Of a DNA stretch of 64,000 nucleotides, positions 36,031-48,311 are shown one piece after another. The notes beneath the pieces are model-generated. The model ran no database searches, was not told the DNA's origin, and saw nothing but the letters and a program-made list of their open reading frames with translations. The DNA is from Epithemia pelagica (taxonomy: Eukaryota; Protista; Bacillariophyta). Position numbers and translations under genes: made by a program. Every line of letters starts with the position of its first letter. Position 1 is the first letter of the stretch. The stretch lies in contig OX337239.1 of the NCBI GenBank assembly GCA_946965045.2, positions 310,001 through 374,000 on the forward strand. Reading direction: 5' to 3'.

Positions 36031-36329
36031 TGGAGATATTTGAGTTTCTTGACGAATCAGACGATCGCAGTTTTTGTGGCATGGGAGTTACTTCAGTCTG
36101 GAACGAAACCAAGCACAAATCTCACGCCAACGAATCACATTCATTTCGTCGGTTGGAGCGTGGTTTCCTTCAGACGGGGGCGTTCCTGTGTAGAGAAGAT
36201 CATTGACGAATATCGTGTTCCCAGCCTTGTTTCGTTTTCGATCACACATCACAAAGCTGTGGAGAGACTCGAGAGGCTACTGGAGATGGCATTGAAAGAT
36301 CCACGCTCTCGCTCTTTATTCGCCATCTC

Positions 36330-37400
36330 AGCGTGCGATGCGCAAACGTTTGCGGTTCGTTGAACGTGAACGAGCAGTTCGCGAGAGAACAAAAGAGGTG
36401 CTGAACGGGAGGCTTGATCCAAAATAAGCGAAATGTACTTTGGTGTGGAACTGACAAATAGGCATCTGCTCGTTCTTGCCGAGGGAAGGAACCATTCGTG
36501 GACCATCGGTGGTCCACCGCACACATGTGGTCCTCGTTTCGGCCTCTTTTGCTCGCTCTTTTGGTAGAACTCTTGTCTATGCAGTGGAGTGGGAATCAGG
36601 GACTAGTTCCAGAACAAAAACGAGTCCAGTCCGCAGTGCAATGTCTCAGTTGTGTCCGCACACAAGGACCCATTGGAGCATCTCATTGTAGAGATTTTGA
36701 GAGTCCATTTCTTGTCTGGCTTCTGCTTGCTTTGAGTGGAACCTTTTGCTCTTTTTGATAGGACTCTAATTTTGAGCGCTCGCTTGTCCGTTGATTTGCG
36801 CTGTCCAGGCTCTCATTTGTTTTCAAAATACCTAATCATGCTTGTTTGAAACTCTGGATTCAAAAGGTGGAGCATTGCTATTGCTTCTCTGGTCTTGGCG
36901 GTCGTTGCCAGAGGACCTTTCGACCGTTGTCCACAACCTTGAGTATTCTTTGTCTCTTTTGCTTTGTCAACAACAAGAGTCCAACCTCGGCTCATTAATT
37001 CATCGTAATCAGTTGAAGCGTGTCCTTGTGCTCTTGAGATCCAACTCTATCAAGCAACCATTGTCGTGCAACACTTGATTCACTCATACCATTATTGGCA
37101 GGTGTAGTGGCAAGTCTACTGACCCTGGAACGAACGCTTCTTTCTTGGAAATGGACCACCCTCATTCCGCCAGACCGAGTGGCGCCAGTACTGGGGCATG
37201 ATTCCACTGTGGTGGAAATCAGTGGGCGCCGTCATGGCCGTTGCATGGTCGAAATCGATGGATCAACACGCAAAACCAAAGGTTGTATCAATCCTTTTTT
37301 GTTCCGAATGATGGAAGGGCGTGCGCCTAAAATACGCCGGTCGAACTGGTTCGGCCGGCGTAATGATTCAAAGTCGGACGAGCGTTGGATGCCGTCGGGC
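36330..37400. repeat. Diverged duplication upstream of Kelch 4; partner ~25590-26760
   Basis: See partner feature. Confidence 0.85.
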
Positions 37401-37693
37401 GGTGCCATTTCCCCGACAAACAACTCGCAACAACAAAAAAATCAAACTACCTCCACCCAACGACGACGTGCACAACAACGTCGCAGCATCAAACTTTAAC
37501 GGGGAGACTGCTAGTGTACTTTGATTTTATCATCCGTTCAAGGATATTCCTACAAGATTCTACTCGATTGCGACCCGTCGGTGTGCTTTACACAAGTCTC
37601 GCTCTCTGTGGTTCTCATTTGCTTGGAATGGACCGACGGGATTTTCGTCCTGCAATGGCGCAACGTTACTTCTTGTTGCCAAAGACCAAGCAT

Positions 37694-39341
37694 TCAAAGC
37701 GCTTCATACGCTGTTCCAGCTGAGCACACTTGTGGACCAACGAAGACGAAGTCTCCTGGCGTTCCTTCCAGACTTCCAGATCCTGAACACGGAGAGTCAA
37801 CGGGCGGACTGAATCCTCGGCACTTGTTCCTTCCGTGTCGCCACGTTCCGCTTCCTTGTTGATTGGTTCCTCGTGATTGTTGCGACACCTGGATGGCTGT
37901 GGCATCCTCGTCGTTTGTGTCTTGTGGGGACCGTTCCCGCTTGTCACGGGTGACCAGGTCTGTCGAACCGACATTCACGTCACCCACCGCAGCAAATTCC
38001 GAGACGGGGGCACGAAACTGGTCGTCCGTCTCCAACAAAGAATACATCAGTGGCAACAAGGCTTGTGCCTGGTCACGGTCCTTCAACAGTGAGGCAATGC
38101 TAATTTGGGCAAGATTGGCGCGATGAACCGTAGTGTGAAGGTTCATGATTTCGGCCGACAGTTCTGCGTGACTCGAATACATGGTCTATCACACACAATG
38201 GAGTGGTCACAACCACAATCAAACACGACGAAATTGTGTGAATTCACCAACATGAAAAAGAAACTCCAGCACAGCATTGACAAAAGAATCGCGGCAAGAG
38301 ACATACCTTGAGCTGTTCTTTCTTGCCAACGAGAGGAATGATCTTACACTGTTCGAATTCGTCGCCACCTGTCACGAGGATACCCTTGGGCGTGGCAATC
38401 GTGGCGCAATCACATCGGCGAATCGTGTGGTTGGACATTTCCCAAACAATGTCCCGAGCTGTATCTAGAACTTCCACCGAGCTCACCGGGTTTTCTCCTG
38501 TAGAACCTCCAGCTACAACGAGACACTGCCCAACTTGCACAACGGCATGATTGCTTCTTGGAACACTGAGCTGGAGGTTGCCTTCATACTGCCAAAGCTC
38601 ATCGTCTGATAATCCTTCCACGTCCCTTCCCCCCAGGTCTAAATACTCCACCGACCGTAGTGCTGTCCCGCAGTCAAGTCCCCCCACCACATAGATTCGA
38701 TCACCAACGACAGCCATTCCTGAATATTGCCGAGGATTTCGTAGGCGAGGTCCCATCCAAACAGGTTGAGAGCCATCCATTGCCGTGTCCACAATATCAA
38801 TGGATCGGCATCTCCACCCACCAACGACGACAATAAAGCGATCTTGCAGGACTGCCGCGGTGCATCCAATTCGTTTAGTGGACAAGCGACACTTCAATTT
38901 CGTCCAACAAATGTCGTGGTTGATGCTTGTCGTTGATGTTGGATACAACAAGTTCTCAATGGGGATGCGCTCCATACTGTCCAAGCCTGACGTCTCATCA
39001 TGTCCTCCGATCACATACACGTGCCCTTTGCAAACAACGGCGGCATGACCGAATCGTTTATCATTCATGCTGGGCCCTTCCACCCATTGGTTTTCTTCTC
39101 CTTGTACTTTCAGAAGAATGACGGAGCTGGTCTCGCCTTCATTTTGTTTCTTTCCTCCCAAGACTGCAATGGTATGCGATTGGATCTTCTCGTCGCTGTC
39201 GTCTTGGACGTCTTCATGATCAATGCCAACCGACGCGTGAAAACAACGCCATCCACCCAACAAGGGAGGCCACTTGTTGGAGTCCGATACGTTTCCGCAC
39301 TCAAGAACTCCAAGTCCAGACAAGAGCGCTTGTTTCTCCAT
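37694..39341 (-). CDS. Kelch-repeat protein 5 (divergent) with C-terminal extension, 2 exons, ~508 aa
   Basis: ATG 39341 (MEKQALLSGL). A predicted GT-AG intron at 38186-38306 (phase 0) joins KKEQLK to TMYSSHAEL.... Confidence 0.8.
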
Positions 39342-39843
39342 TTTTCGTTTGTATGATGGTAATAAGTGAAACAAAGTCTGTTTAGAATGTGAGAACGTCG
39401 ACACTTTCCGTTTTGACCCTGCTGCTTCTCCTCCTCATCCCATGGACCAGCCGATTCCTTCTTATTGCTATGGTTTCTGTCGTTTCTTTTCATCGACGTG
39501 TGATATTTTAATGTCCAAATCCATCAGAATCATGGGTCCTTCATGTCGAAATTTGTCAAAATGGATGCAGCCGACCCGCCCGGCGCGATGTTTCGCGACC
39601 AAAATCTACCCAATCTACGCATCGAGATCTCGTCGTCGTAGCATAGAGTATATAGGTATCGATCGAAGCATATCTGTTCGGTCAATCGGTCTCGCTGAAC
39701 TCTCTCTGCTGGACCTTATCTCTAGAGAACTGCCTAGTCGTGTAGATTCTGGCAGATGGTACATGCATATTGACTGTGGTTCTAAGACGAGCGATCAAAT
39801 GGGGCTCTTTTCATAGCATCCCAGCAAGAGTTTCTTGAACCTA

Positions 39844-42572
39844 TCATAGAAAAGGACTCGGAATCGAGGAAACGACCGACTGTGTGGGCTTGTTTTCAAT
39901 GTCAGACCATTCGTATCCACCACCCCCACGTTCATGGTCCTCCTGTGGACTACTACTACTGCTGCTGCTACCCAGCAATCTCAGTCGTTTGTCGTGGAAG
40001 GCCAACAAGCTCGGCCGGTGGCCAACACTGACGTAGGTCAAACCCGATGAAGATAAGACAGCTCCTCCTCCAGTGGCTTTGGTTTCTTCCGTCTTTTTGA
40101 GCTCTTTTCGGGCCATGTTTTGTAACAACTGGTACATTCGAGCTTCCGAAACCATATCCAAGGCCGAAGTGGCTTCATCTGCAAAAGAAGAATGTTGGGA
40201 AACAAACGAGAACCCATGAGGTCATTTCCATCTCGCCACATTGACGGATCGACCAAAAGACAACCACAAATGATGTTCTACGGCGCAACATATGACTCAC
40301 CTAAAATGACCAATCGCGGTTCGTGGACGAGCAAACGCCCAAATGCCAGCCGTTGTTGTTCTCCAAGGGAGAGTACATTGGTCCAATCCTGTACCGAATA
40401 CAAACCAGCCGTGGCATTGCCATTTCCCGCACGTTGGGCGACGTGGAACAAATCGACCTTTTCCAGAATTTCCAATAGTCGTTCATCACTGGTATCCATC
40501 GCTGAGGCGTCCAAATTGTCCTCCAAAGCATTGTCGTCACCATTTTGTGACTCGAACGATGATGCCATGGACTCATCGGGTTCCGCTGCAGACACATCCA
40601 ATGGCTGTTCTCGCCGTCGAGGATACAAGAGCTGTTCTTTGAGTGAGCCTCCCAGCGTACAATAGGGCCGTTGTGGCAAAAAGTAAATGTCGTCGGATGG
40701 CCGAGCAATGGTTCCTTGTCCGCTGGTCCACAATCCAGCCAGAGCACGAAGCATGCTGGATTTTCCAGCTCCGGAGGGCCCGACAATCAACAAATGTTCC
40801 CCCTCGGAAACATGAAAGGATAAGTCCCGTACCAGGACACGATACCGATCCGGCGTATACAAGGTCAAATTGTGTACGGACAAGATCGTACTTGCAGTCT
40901 GTGACGATACTGTGCCCTGGGGCATGAAAGAGGATCCCAGAGGAATGGACTCGAATTGAATCACGTCTTGTCGGGGATCCTGTTTCAAGTTGGCCGTAGT
41001 ATCAGTGGACGCAGTGGAGTTCATGGACATCTCGGGGAGTTTTAATAAGCCAGTTGTTGTAGTCGATGGAACAGTATCGTCGGATGCATCTCCATTCACT
41101 GGTTTCTGGAGACTATCCGCAGCAGGTTGTTCCCAACGCAGCGACGTGGTGGTAGCCTGCTCATGTTGTTGTTGCATCGCTTGATAAAAGGAGCTTAGTC
41201 GCTCCAGTCCAGCTGAGAAACTGCTGAGACGTTCAAATTGATTAATGAGCAAGCTCAAATCATTTAAAATATGATTGAACGCACCCGCCGCCTGACTAAT
41301 GACACCCAACGCGACTGCTCCCGAGAAGTATTGAGGAGCCACCACGACAATGGGTAAGATTTGGACCAAATAGCGATAGGCATTGACAAAGTATTCCAAA
41401 TTCCGTTGTTGAATGTTAATATCTCGTCGATTCGAAATGACAGAGGACAATTGCGTTTGAACTGCTGCTCCCTCCAGTCCTTCTCCTTGATAAAAGGCAA
41501 TAGATTCCGCATTGTCACGCCATCGGACCAACAAGTATCGCAAATCGGCTTCTCGTTGCAACTGCCATAAATTCAACCCCACGAGGGATTGTCCGAGATA
41601 GGTTGTGACTGTCGTCCCAATCGAAGCATACAAAATCACGGCAACCAACAGTTGCGGGTAGATATTGTACAAAATGACCGAAAAGGCCACCAAGTCAATC
41701 ACACTGGTCAATACTGTCACGGTCAGCTGCAGCGAGTATCCCGTAAAGGTATTGACATCTTCGGCAATTCGCTGATCGGGATTGTCAATGATACCCACAC
41801 CATCTGGTGAAAGAGAAGTTGCCTCTTCGGACCCATTGGTCTGTTGCCAGTCACCATTGTTGTTGCTCGTTGCAGTGGTGCTTGTCGTCGTCGTTCCACC
41901 ACTCCTCTTTTGTTCTTCGAGTTGGTAATAGACTCGATTTTGTGTATAGAGCGTCACGGTGCGGGTGGTCATCCATTGCCTCCAATGCACGGCCAATTGT
42001 TCTCGTTGATACTTGTAGTACGTCACGACGGGTGCCCCCACCACCAAGGCGGCCACAAATTTTTGCAAGACATTGTAAAACTCGGTAACATCCCGAGCGG
42101 ACAGGGCATTCCAAAAATCCTTGCTCAAAAAGGAAAAGACGACGGAAACACCCGAATTCAAAAAGGTCAATCCCAAAACACCTACTAACAACCAACGACC
42201 CTCCTTGGATTCTTGATAATAGGGCAGCGACAGTTGTCGAAAGACTCCCACTTGTTCGCGAATCCAATTCCAATCCAAGGATGAAGAAGGAGTAGTAGTT
42301 TCTGGTGCCTCTTTGTTGTTGTTATCCTCATTCGTGGACTGGTTCGAATTGGAACACATTTCATGTGTCGATGATGGTTTTCTCCTACAAAAATCAACCC
42401 CTCGTGTGATCCCTAGACCCTGTCGACGAGGCTGTACGGTTGAAAATCCCTCTACAAACAACAGGGACATGGCTCCATCATGGTGGCTGTTCGGGCTTTG
42501 ATTGCAACCGATGCTGGACCAAAGAAACGGTATGAGAACCGCAGCAAGGATAAGATTCCTTTTTGTCGTCAT
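39844..42572 (-). CDS. ABCD-family half transporter, 2 exons, ~868 aa, possibly plastid-targeted
   Basis: NPDQRI, EADLRY..VR.RDNAESIAFY, Walker A GPSGAGKSS and signature LSLGEQQR. An intron at 40179-40300 restores VILDEATSALD. The N-terminus is signal-peptide-like. Confidence 0.93.
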
Positions 42573-43462
42573 TTTCTGGATCCACTGATCTGGAGTAGAG
42601 CTTGTCGATGTAGGTGTTGGTTTTCTCGGTTTTGGTTTTCTCTGGATCTTTGACTTGGACCATTGTGATCGTTGTGCGGCGATGACGAATCCGAGAAACT
42701 GGACGTGTGACGTGTCACACGCGATCAGTGGTCGCTATTACAAAGAAACAAATCACGATTCAAACTCGGCTACCCCCTAATAGATCTGGCTAGCACCTCC
42801 TACTCCTAACTCTTAGGAGTAACTCCTACTCCTACTCTAGCTAGGAGTAGGAGTAACATTATCATGCATCTTACTCCTACTGTGCGATTATTTCGCCTTC
42901 CGATAGTGCTGGTTGTGGTTTGGTTCTGTCTCAGTCCACTTCCACTTCCGAATATTGTTTTTTCATGAGTCGTTTTTTGTGGCGTGCATCGCTCAAATAC
43001 GGTAGTCTTATACTCTTAGATCTTAGAATCATCGCCCAACTTTTGTCCTACCTTCAGATTTCAGATCTACTGACGTAGGAGTACTGGGTCCTTTCTCTTC
43101 TGCACCACAGTCCACAGTGCTCCGTGCTCCGTGCTCCGTCGTGCTCCGTGCTCCCTGCTGCTAAGGGTCTACCTTCTACCTACTCTAGGTGGTAGCTCTC
43201 TATTGCGACTTTCGACGTCTCTCTCGACACCCACCACATTATCTACCTAGGAGTAAGAAGTAAGAATCGTACTATGTATGTCGAATCAATAAAAGTCATA
43301 GCTGAGGATTGGCCATTATTACCCCGCTAAGCCGAGTTTTGTCGTGTGGAAACTGGATGGTGGAAAGCGACAGTTGGGGCGGTTCACACTTTTCCCTTGC
43401 TCCTATTATTCCAGGAGAAAGCCGCAAAACCTCGATACTATTCCAAACAATCGATATTAACG

Positions 43463-44188
43463 ATGCATCTCCACGAAGCAGAGAAGCTCATGTCCCAAGG
43501 TATGGCGCTGCTTCAATCAAGGAGATTGGACCAAGCCATTGGGGTGTTTCAGAGAGCTGGCGGAGAAATCAAGCAAAGTCTCATAGTGCCATCTAATCCT
43601 AACAAAACGTGTGTTCAAAGACCCATTATGAGTTTATGGGATGGCGGCCGTGGTCAGAACCCCCAAGATGCTACCAAGATCATGGATCCAGTTGATTCCT
43701 ATCTATACCCTTTTGGCTTTCAACTTCATGACCGTGGTACCACGATCAATAGGGAGGCACTTGAGGAAAGTGACTTTTCGGAAGAACAGCTAGCCAGCTG
43801 CACGGCGGCCTTGCTCTTTAACCTTGCGCTGTGTCATCAGCTCAAAGGATATTCAAGTAATCTTGTTTGTGCGCGAAATCTGTATGAACAAGCTTGGGCT
43901 TGTTCCTGCCGACAAGAAGTACACGGTGACCGTTTATCACCGTCTGATCGAGGCGCCAGGTATTGTCTGCAAATGGCTATTTGCATGAACATTTCCACTT
44001 GTTTGTACAACTTGGGCGACCTCGAAGCTATTCAGACATGGCTGTCGCTCCTCCATCAACTCATTGAAGATTGCTGCTACCACCAAGCACAAGGAGATCA
44101 AGTCAACTTTATTTCAGAAGAGTGGCTCCGGTTTTTCCAAATGGGTACTCTCTTTCGATCCAACTGCGGCGCGGCCGGAGCTGCCTGA
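43463..44188 (+). CDS. Hypothetical TPR-like helical protein
   Basis: ORF with AALLFNLALCHQ...ARNLYEQAW; the start codon is uncertain. Confidence 0.7.
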   Translation: MHLHEAEKLMSQGMALLQSRRLDQAIGVFQRAGGEIKQSLIVPSNPNKTCVQRPIMSLWDGGRGQNPQDATKIMDPVDSYLYPFGFQLHDRGTTINREALEESDFSEEQLASCTAALLFNLALCHQLKGYSSNLVCARNLYEQAWACSCRQEVHGDRLSPSDRGARYCLQMAICMNISTCLYNLGDLEAIQTWLSLLHQLIEDCCYHQAQGDQVNFISEEWLRFFQMGTLFRSNCGAAGAA

Positions 44189-44853
44189 AGTCTACGGAAT
44201 TTTGTTTCATAGCGGTACTTCTCTCTGGACGAGTCAAGTATACTATCACATCGAGAAAGAACGGATCATTCGGTGCCATGGGGACACTCTGTCTTTTTGG
44301 GGCCGTACCTGGTAGCAGATAGGGATATTCATCGCGATAGCACAACTAACGAGTCACTGTTTTTGTGCAGTCTCGAATAGAAATCTTTATGTGTTTCGTC
44401 TTGAGGTCTCCTCGATCATGTTTCTTCATTTCTACACCAGAAACTGTGAGATAGGGAGATAGGCCTCGACAGATGTCATAGGAGTAGGAAAGAGTAGAGA
44501 CATGTATTCACAAATCGCCACAAACTATATGTCTGTGGGTCCCATCTATCAATGGCTACCCCTTCTACGAGAAATTTTGCGTGGTCAAGAGAGAACCCGT
44601 TCGGCCCCCATCAAGGGATCAGGTTTCAGGTTATGCGAGTCGCGAGACCCCGGGACCGGGTTCGTAACCAGGGAGATGGGGTAATCCTGAGCAGGTCGCT
44701 ACCTTACCAGTCAGATACTGACTGTGACCTATAGGAGTTACCGAACGCTTTTTCTGAATAAAGAACACTCTAGCGACAAAAGATGATATACTGACTGCTA
44801 GTACTATTAAAACCCACCACCACCCGGTTCATAACCGCTACATATTTGTACTG

Positions 44854-45792
44854 CTAGTCATCTTCCACTTCGATCTGAAACACTTTCGCCTCACCATTTT
44901 CAATCTTCATCTGAACCAGATTCACCACTGCTCCAAACACCTTGTGATGCCCATCCAGATCTCCTCTGTATTTCTCCTTTAAGATATTGTAATGTTTCAG
45001 TAAATTGTTGACAGTTTCATGTCTCGCCCTGGCATCAGCCATCATCTTGTCTTGATAGTCATTTCTTCCAGTAGGTGTGACAAAGTAGCATCCAGAATCG
45101 TTGTAACCACCATCAGCAATCACTTTCTCATTCGGTAGTAGCTCTTGAACAAGCCAGTCTCTGGCAATCCGTAGGTCTGGCCAAGCGCCACAAGGGAATG
45201 CACCATTCCACCACACTATCCAGCCAGTTTTCAGGCAGATTCCCACCTCATACCTCACACCTGCTCCCTTAAACTTGTGCGAGTACCATTTTGGATCAAA
45301 AGGTGACGGTTCCAAAATCCTGAAGTCAGTACCATCCAAACTAATGAAACAGACCTGTCCAGGTACACAACAATCAAACCTATTGTCCCATACAATCTGT
45401 TATAAGAACAACAGCAATGGTCAGATATGAGGAGGACGACTTCATGGCAAATTCATGTAGGGCCATGTACTTACATAATTAAGACCACTACACAACAAAT
45501 TTACAAACACTTTGACCCACTTCCTGTAGGTCTTCCTCGTTGTTTTGGCTATTGAGACCATAACATCCTCTGTAGCATAGACTTTCAGAAAAGCCAATGT
45601 CCACAACAAATGACGAGGCGATGCACCTTTGGGCAATGAACTGTCCAGTTCATCCCACACATGAACACAGAGCAAAGGAGACATTCCAAAGTAAGAACGA
45701 AAAGCACGTGAGAAATCAAGTGAGTGTGAGTGTCTTGCTCTACCAAGCATTGGCAGAGCCAAGTTGATGAATATTCGTTGTGTCACCAACAT
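44854..45792 (-). CDS. DDE_Tnp_4-type transposase, 2 exons, ~286 aa
   Basis: A phase-0 intron at 45397-45474 joins SGLNY to IVWDNRF. Motifs SLDGTDF, YSHKFK, PDL, IADGGY and RARHETVN are intact. Confidence 0.92.
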
Positions 45793-46130
45793 GGTGGGAG
45801 AAAACCGCTTTGGAAAATTTGTGTTTGCTCAGTGTGTGTCGCGATGCTGACCACACCTTTACTCTGATCTCGGTCTGTCTGTGTGTAGTACTGTCAGTTC
45901 ATTGGAACAGGTTTTTTGGAATTTCATCACGTTCATTTGATTGGCTGGTCAGTTGAGCAGCGACACTAAACTTTGTACTGTTCTACATATAGTGACCAAT
46001 TCGAATTCGTGTCCGGTCATTGGAACCGGCCTGGAACGGTGCAGAAATCGATTCAAAAATCGTTTTCATTCAAAAACTGGAATTTCTGAATGGCCCTACC
46101 TCGCCAACATCCTATTACTTTCTACATCTT

Positions 46131-46357
46131 AAGCGACCCACATATTGCCCTTATCTTGGGTTAACTGTGGGTCGCTTGATTATATCATTTGAACGACTAG
46201 AAAGTGTCCTGGGTCGGTTTTGAAAAAACGACCTGGCTCGAAAAAATCGACCCAGCTCGTTTTTTTAAAACCGACCCAGGACACCTTATAAGTGCCCAAT
46301 TCACTTGGACGAACGACCCACGGTTGACCCAAGGTAAGGGCAATACGTGGGTCGCAC
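46131..46357. repeat. Concentric nested palindromes
   Basis: An 18-bp perfect IR at 46204-46221/46267-46284 encloses further pairing. It is flanked by two mutually inverted 41-bp units (46134-46174, 46314-46354; 4 mismatches), each itself a hairpin. Confidence 0.95.
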
Positions 46358-46548
46358 TACTTCCAGAATTGGAGCCAAATTGGGCATGGCCTCCTCGATT
46401 GAAAAATGGAGTCCATGATGAAAACCGACCCAGTCCGGATTTTGGTGAACTGTTTTTAGGGTCATAATTAGTTTTCGTGCGAACAGACCAGTCTGGTTTT
46501 GCACTCCCTCGCGCTTTTGTTTTACGTACTAATAGTACCTATACTCCG

Positions 46549-47624
46549 ATGACCAGGTCTGGCCGCAACACTTTGGGCGAGGGTGCCCTACTTTCGTGGA
46601 ATTCAAAGTCAACAGATGCCGAATTCCTTGACAAAATCGTGTCAGAAGGCTTGATTTCGGAGAGCGCCACACCCAAATCTGTGTGGTTGGAACACGCTGT
46701 TTTCCAAAAGTACAAATTGGAATCATTCAGGTCGGCACTCAACAAAGCCAAAAGAAAATACCAAGTCCACTTGAAGGATCAACATGAGAGAGAGACTGGT
46801 CATGGTCATGAGTTGGGTGGTGGTGAGACGGCCCCATCTATGGATGGAAAGGTAAGGAACCCCAATGATGGAGATCTCAAACCAGCTCCTTCTTTGTTTG
46901 GGTCGTCCAAAGGACAAGGTAAGTGCCAGTGTACACTGTTTGTTTGATTGTTGAGTCACTGTCCTTACCTGTTGTGGTTTATTGTCTTTTATGACCAGGT
47001 GTTGCTGCCAAGGTCGCTCCTGAGTCTGTTGTCAGTGACGATGCTATGGTGAAGAAAAGGGCGGCAGGATCCATGGCATTACAGGAGACACTACAGGTAC
47101 AACTACAACAAAAGAGGAAAAAGACGAATGAAGAAGACAGTGGTAATGACATGATGAGGAATTGGGAGCCTCCTCATGTCTTGACACAGTGGGTCGACGA
47201 CAAGAAACAGCGTCATTTGGTGATTTTGGTGGTGTTGCCTACAGGTATTGCACATGAAGACACAACAAATTGCTTGATTGAAGTGGATCCGAGCCAGCTA
47301 CAGGTACATGTGAAGGTAATTTGGCCTGACAACGCAACTCATATCCATTATCTAACCCAACACATGCCCAGAGAGTGGCATGTCGAGGAGAAAAACCTAC
47401 GAATGAAACTTGCTTTGGAAGACGCCATGAATCAGATGCGAAAAAGAGAAACAGACTTTGTCAGGTCAAAGTTTTCTCTTTCTCTTCCTTTCATGGTCCA
47501 AAGCAGGTTCGACTACGAATTTATGTACGACACAACAAACGGATTCAGAGCGTTGTTGATTTCCCTACATGAGCCGGACGCACAATTTGAAGGCGGCATG
47601 AAGCACAAGATGGTGCGTCTGTAA
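46549..47624 (+). CDS. Transposon accessory protein (ORF2), 2 exons, ~331 aa
   Basis: A phase-1 intron at 46919-46998 (GTAAGT...CAG) joins the ORFs in frame. Helical N-terminus (FQKYKLESFRSALNKAKRK) and beta-rich C-terminus. Confidence 0.85.
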
Positions 47625-48311
47625 ATTAATGTAGTATGATTTGGGGCGGTTGCAAAAACCGGGTGGTGGTGGGCCTAAATCTTTCTATTAGTTCTCTATT
47701 TGTCTATGTTCATAGTTTATGCTATAGTACATCGATTAAGCGTTCTGGTCGTGTTCCGCTTTGTAGTCAGTCTTTGCCTGGAATGACAGCGAGCTGCTCA
47801 GGATTACCCCAGCTCCCAGTCCGAGTAGTACATTCTAGCTTTCGTAGTTTCTAATTGTCGTTAAATATTAAGTTTTTCAGTAGATGTCGCCGCTGGAGAT
47901 TCAAAAACTCGAAGGTATCCTGCCATAAAGGCCGAACCCTCTCCAAGATCCTTCTTCATTTTCAGTTTGGATCAATGTCATCATGAACGTGTGCCTTTTA
48001 TCATCAACAACCCTGCAACGATGCAACGAACTGCACGTAGACAGTATCTCCAACTCGGTCAAGCGAGACCGAACGTGACGAGTGAATGGTGCCTCACAGA
48101 AAGGTGTTTTTGCTCCGATTCCGCTCATTGTCTCAAAATCTTGCACAACAACGATTCATTCTTTGGTTTGTAGACGGAACCGATCATTGATACTTTCTGA
48201 AGCTCGAAGTCAAGGCCTGTAGCTTGATGAACATTCCGTTCCAACGACAGTCGCCCCATTTTACGAGAAGTAGTAGTATTAACAGCACCTTGTGTCGCAA
48301 CGCAAGCCATT

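Larger units (their letters stand above)
44811..47675. mobile_element. PIF/Harbinger-group (PHIS) DNA transposon, 2865 bp, apparently full length
   Basis: 17-bp identical TIR core CCCACCACCACCCGGTT (44813-44829 / 47657-47673). TAA flanks at 44808-44810 and 47676-47678. Two divergent intact genes. Confidence 0.93.

Noticed and set aside
46204-46284. Central palindrome as a nested MITE
   Set aside because: No target-site duplication flanks either the inner or outer boundary; kept only as an alternative explanation.
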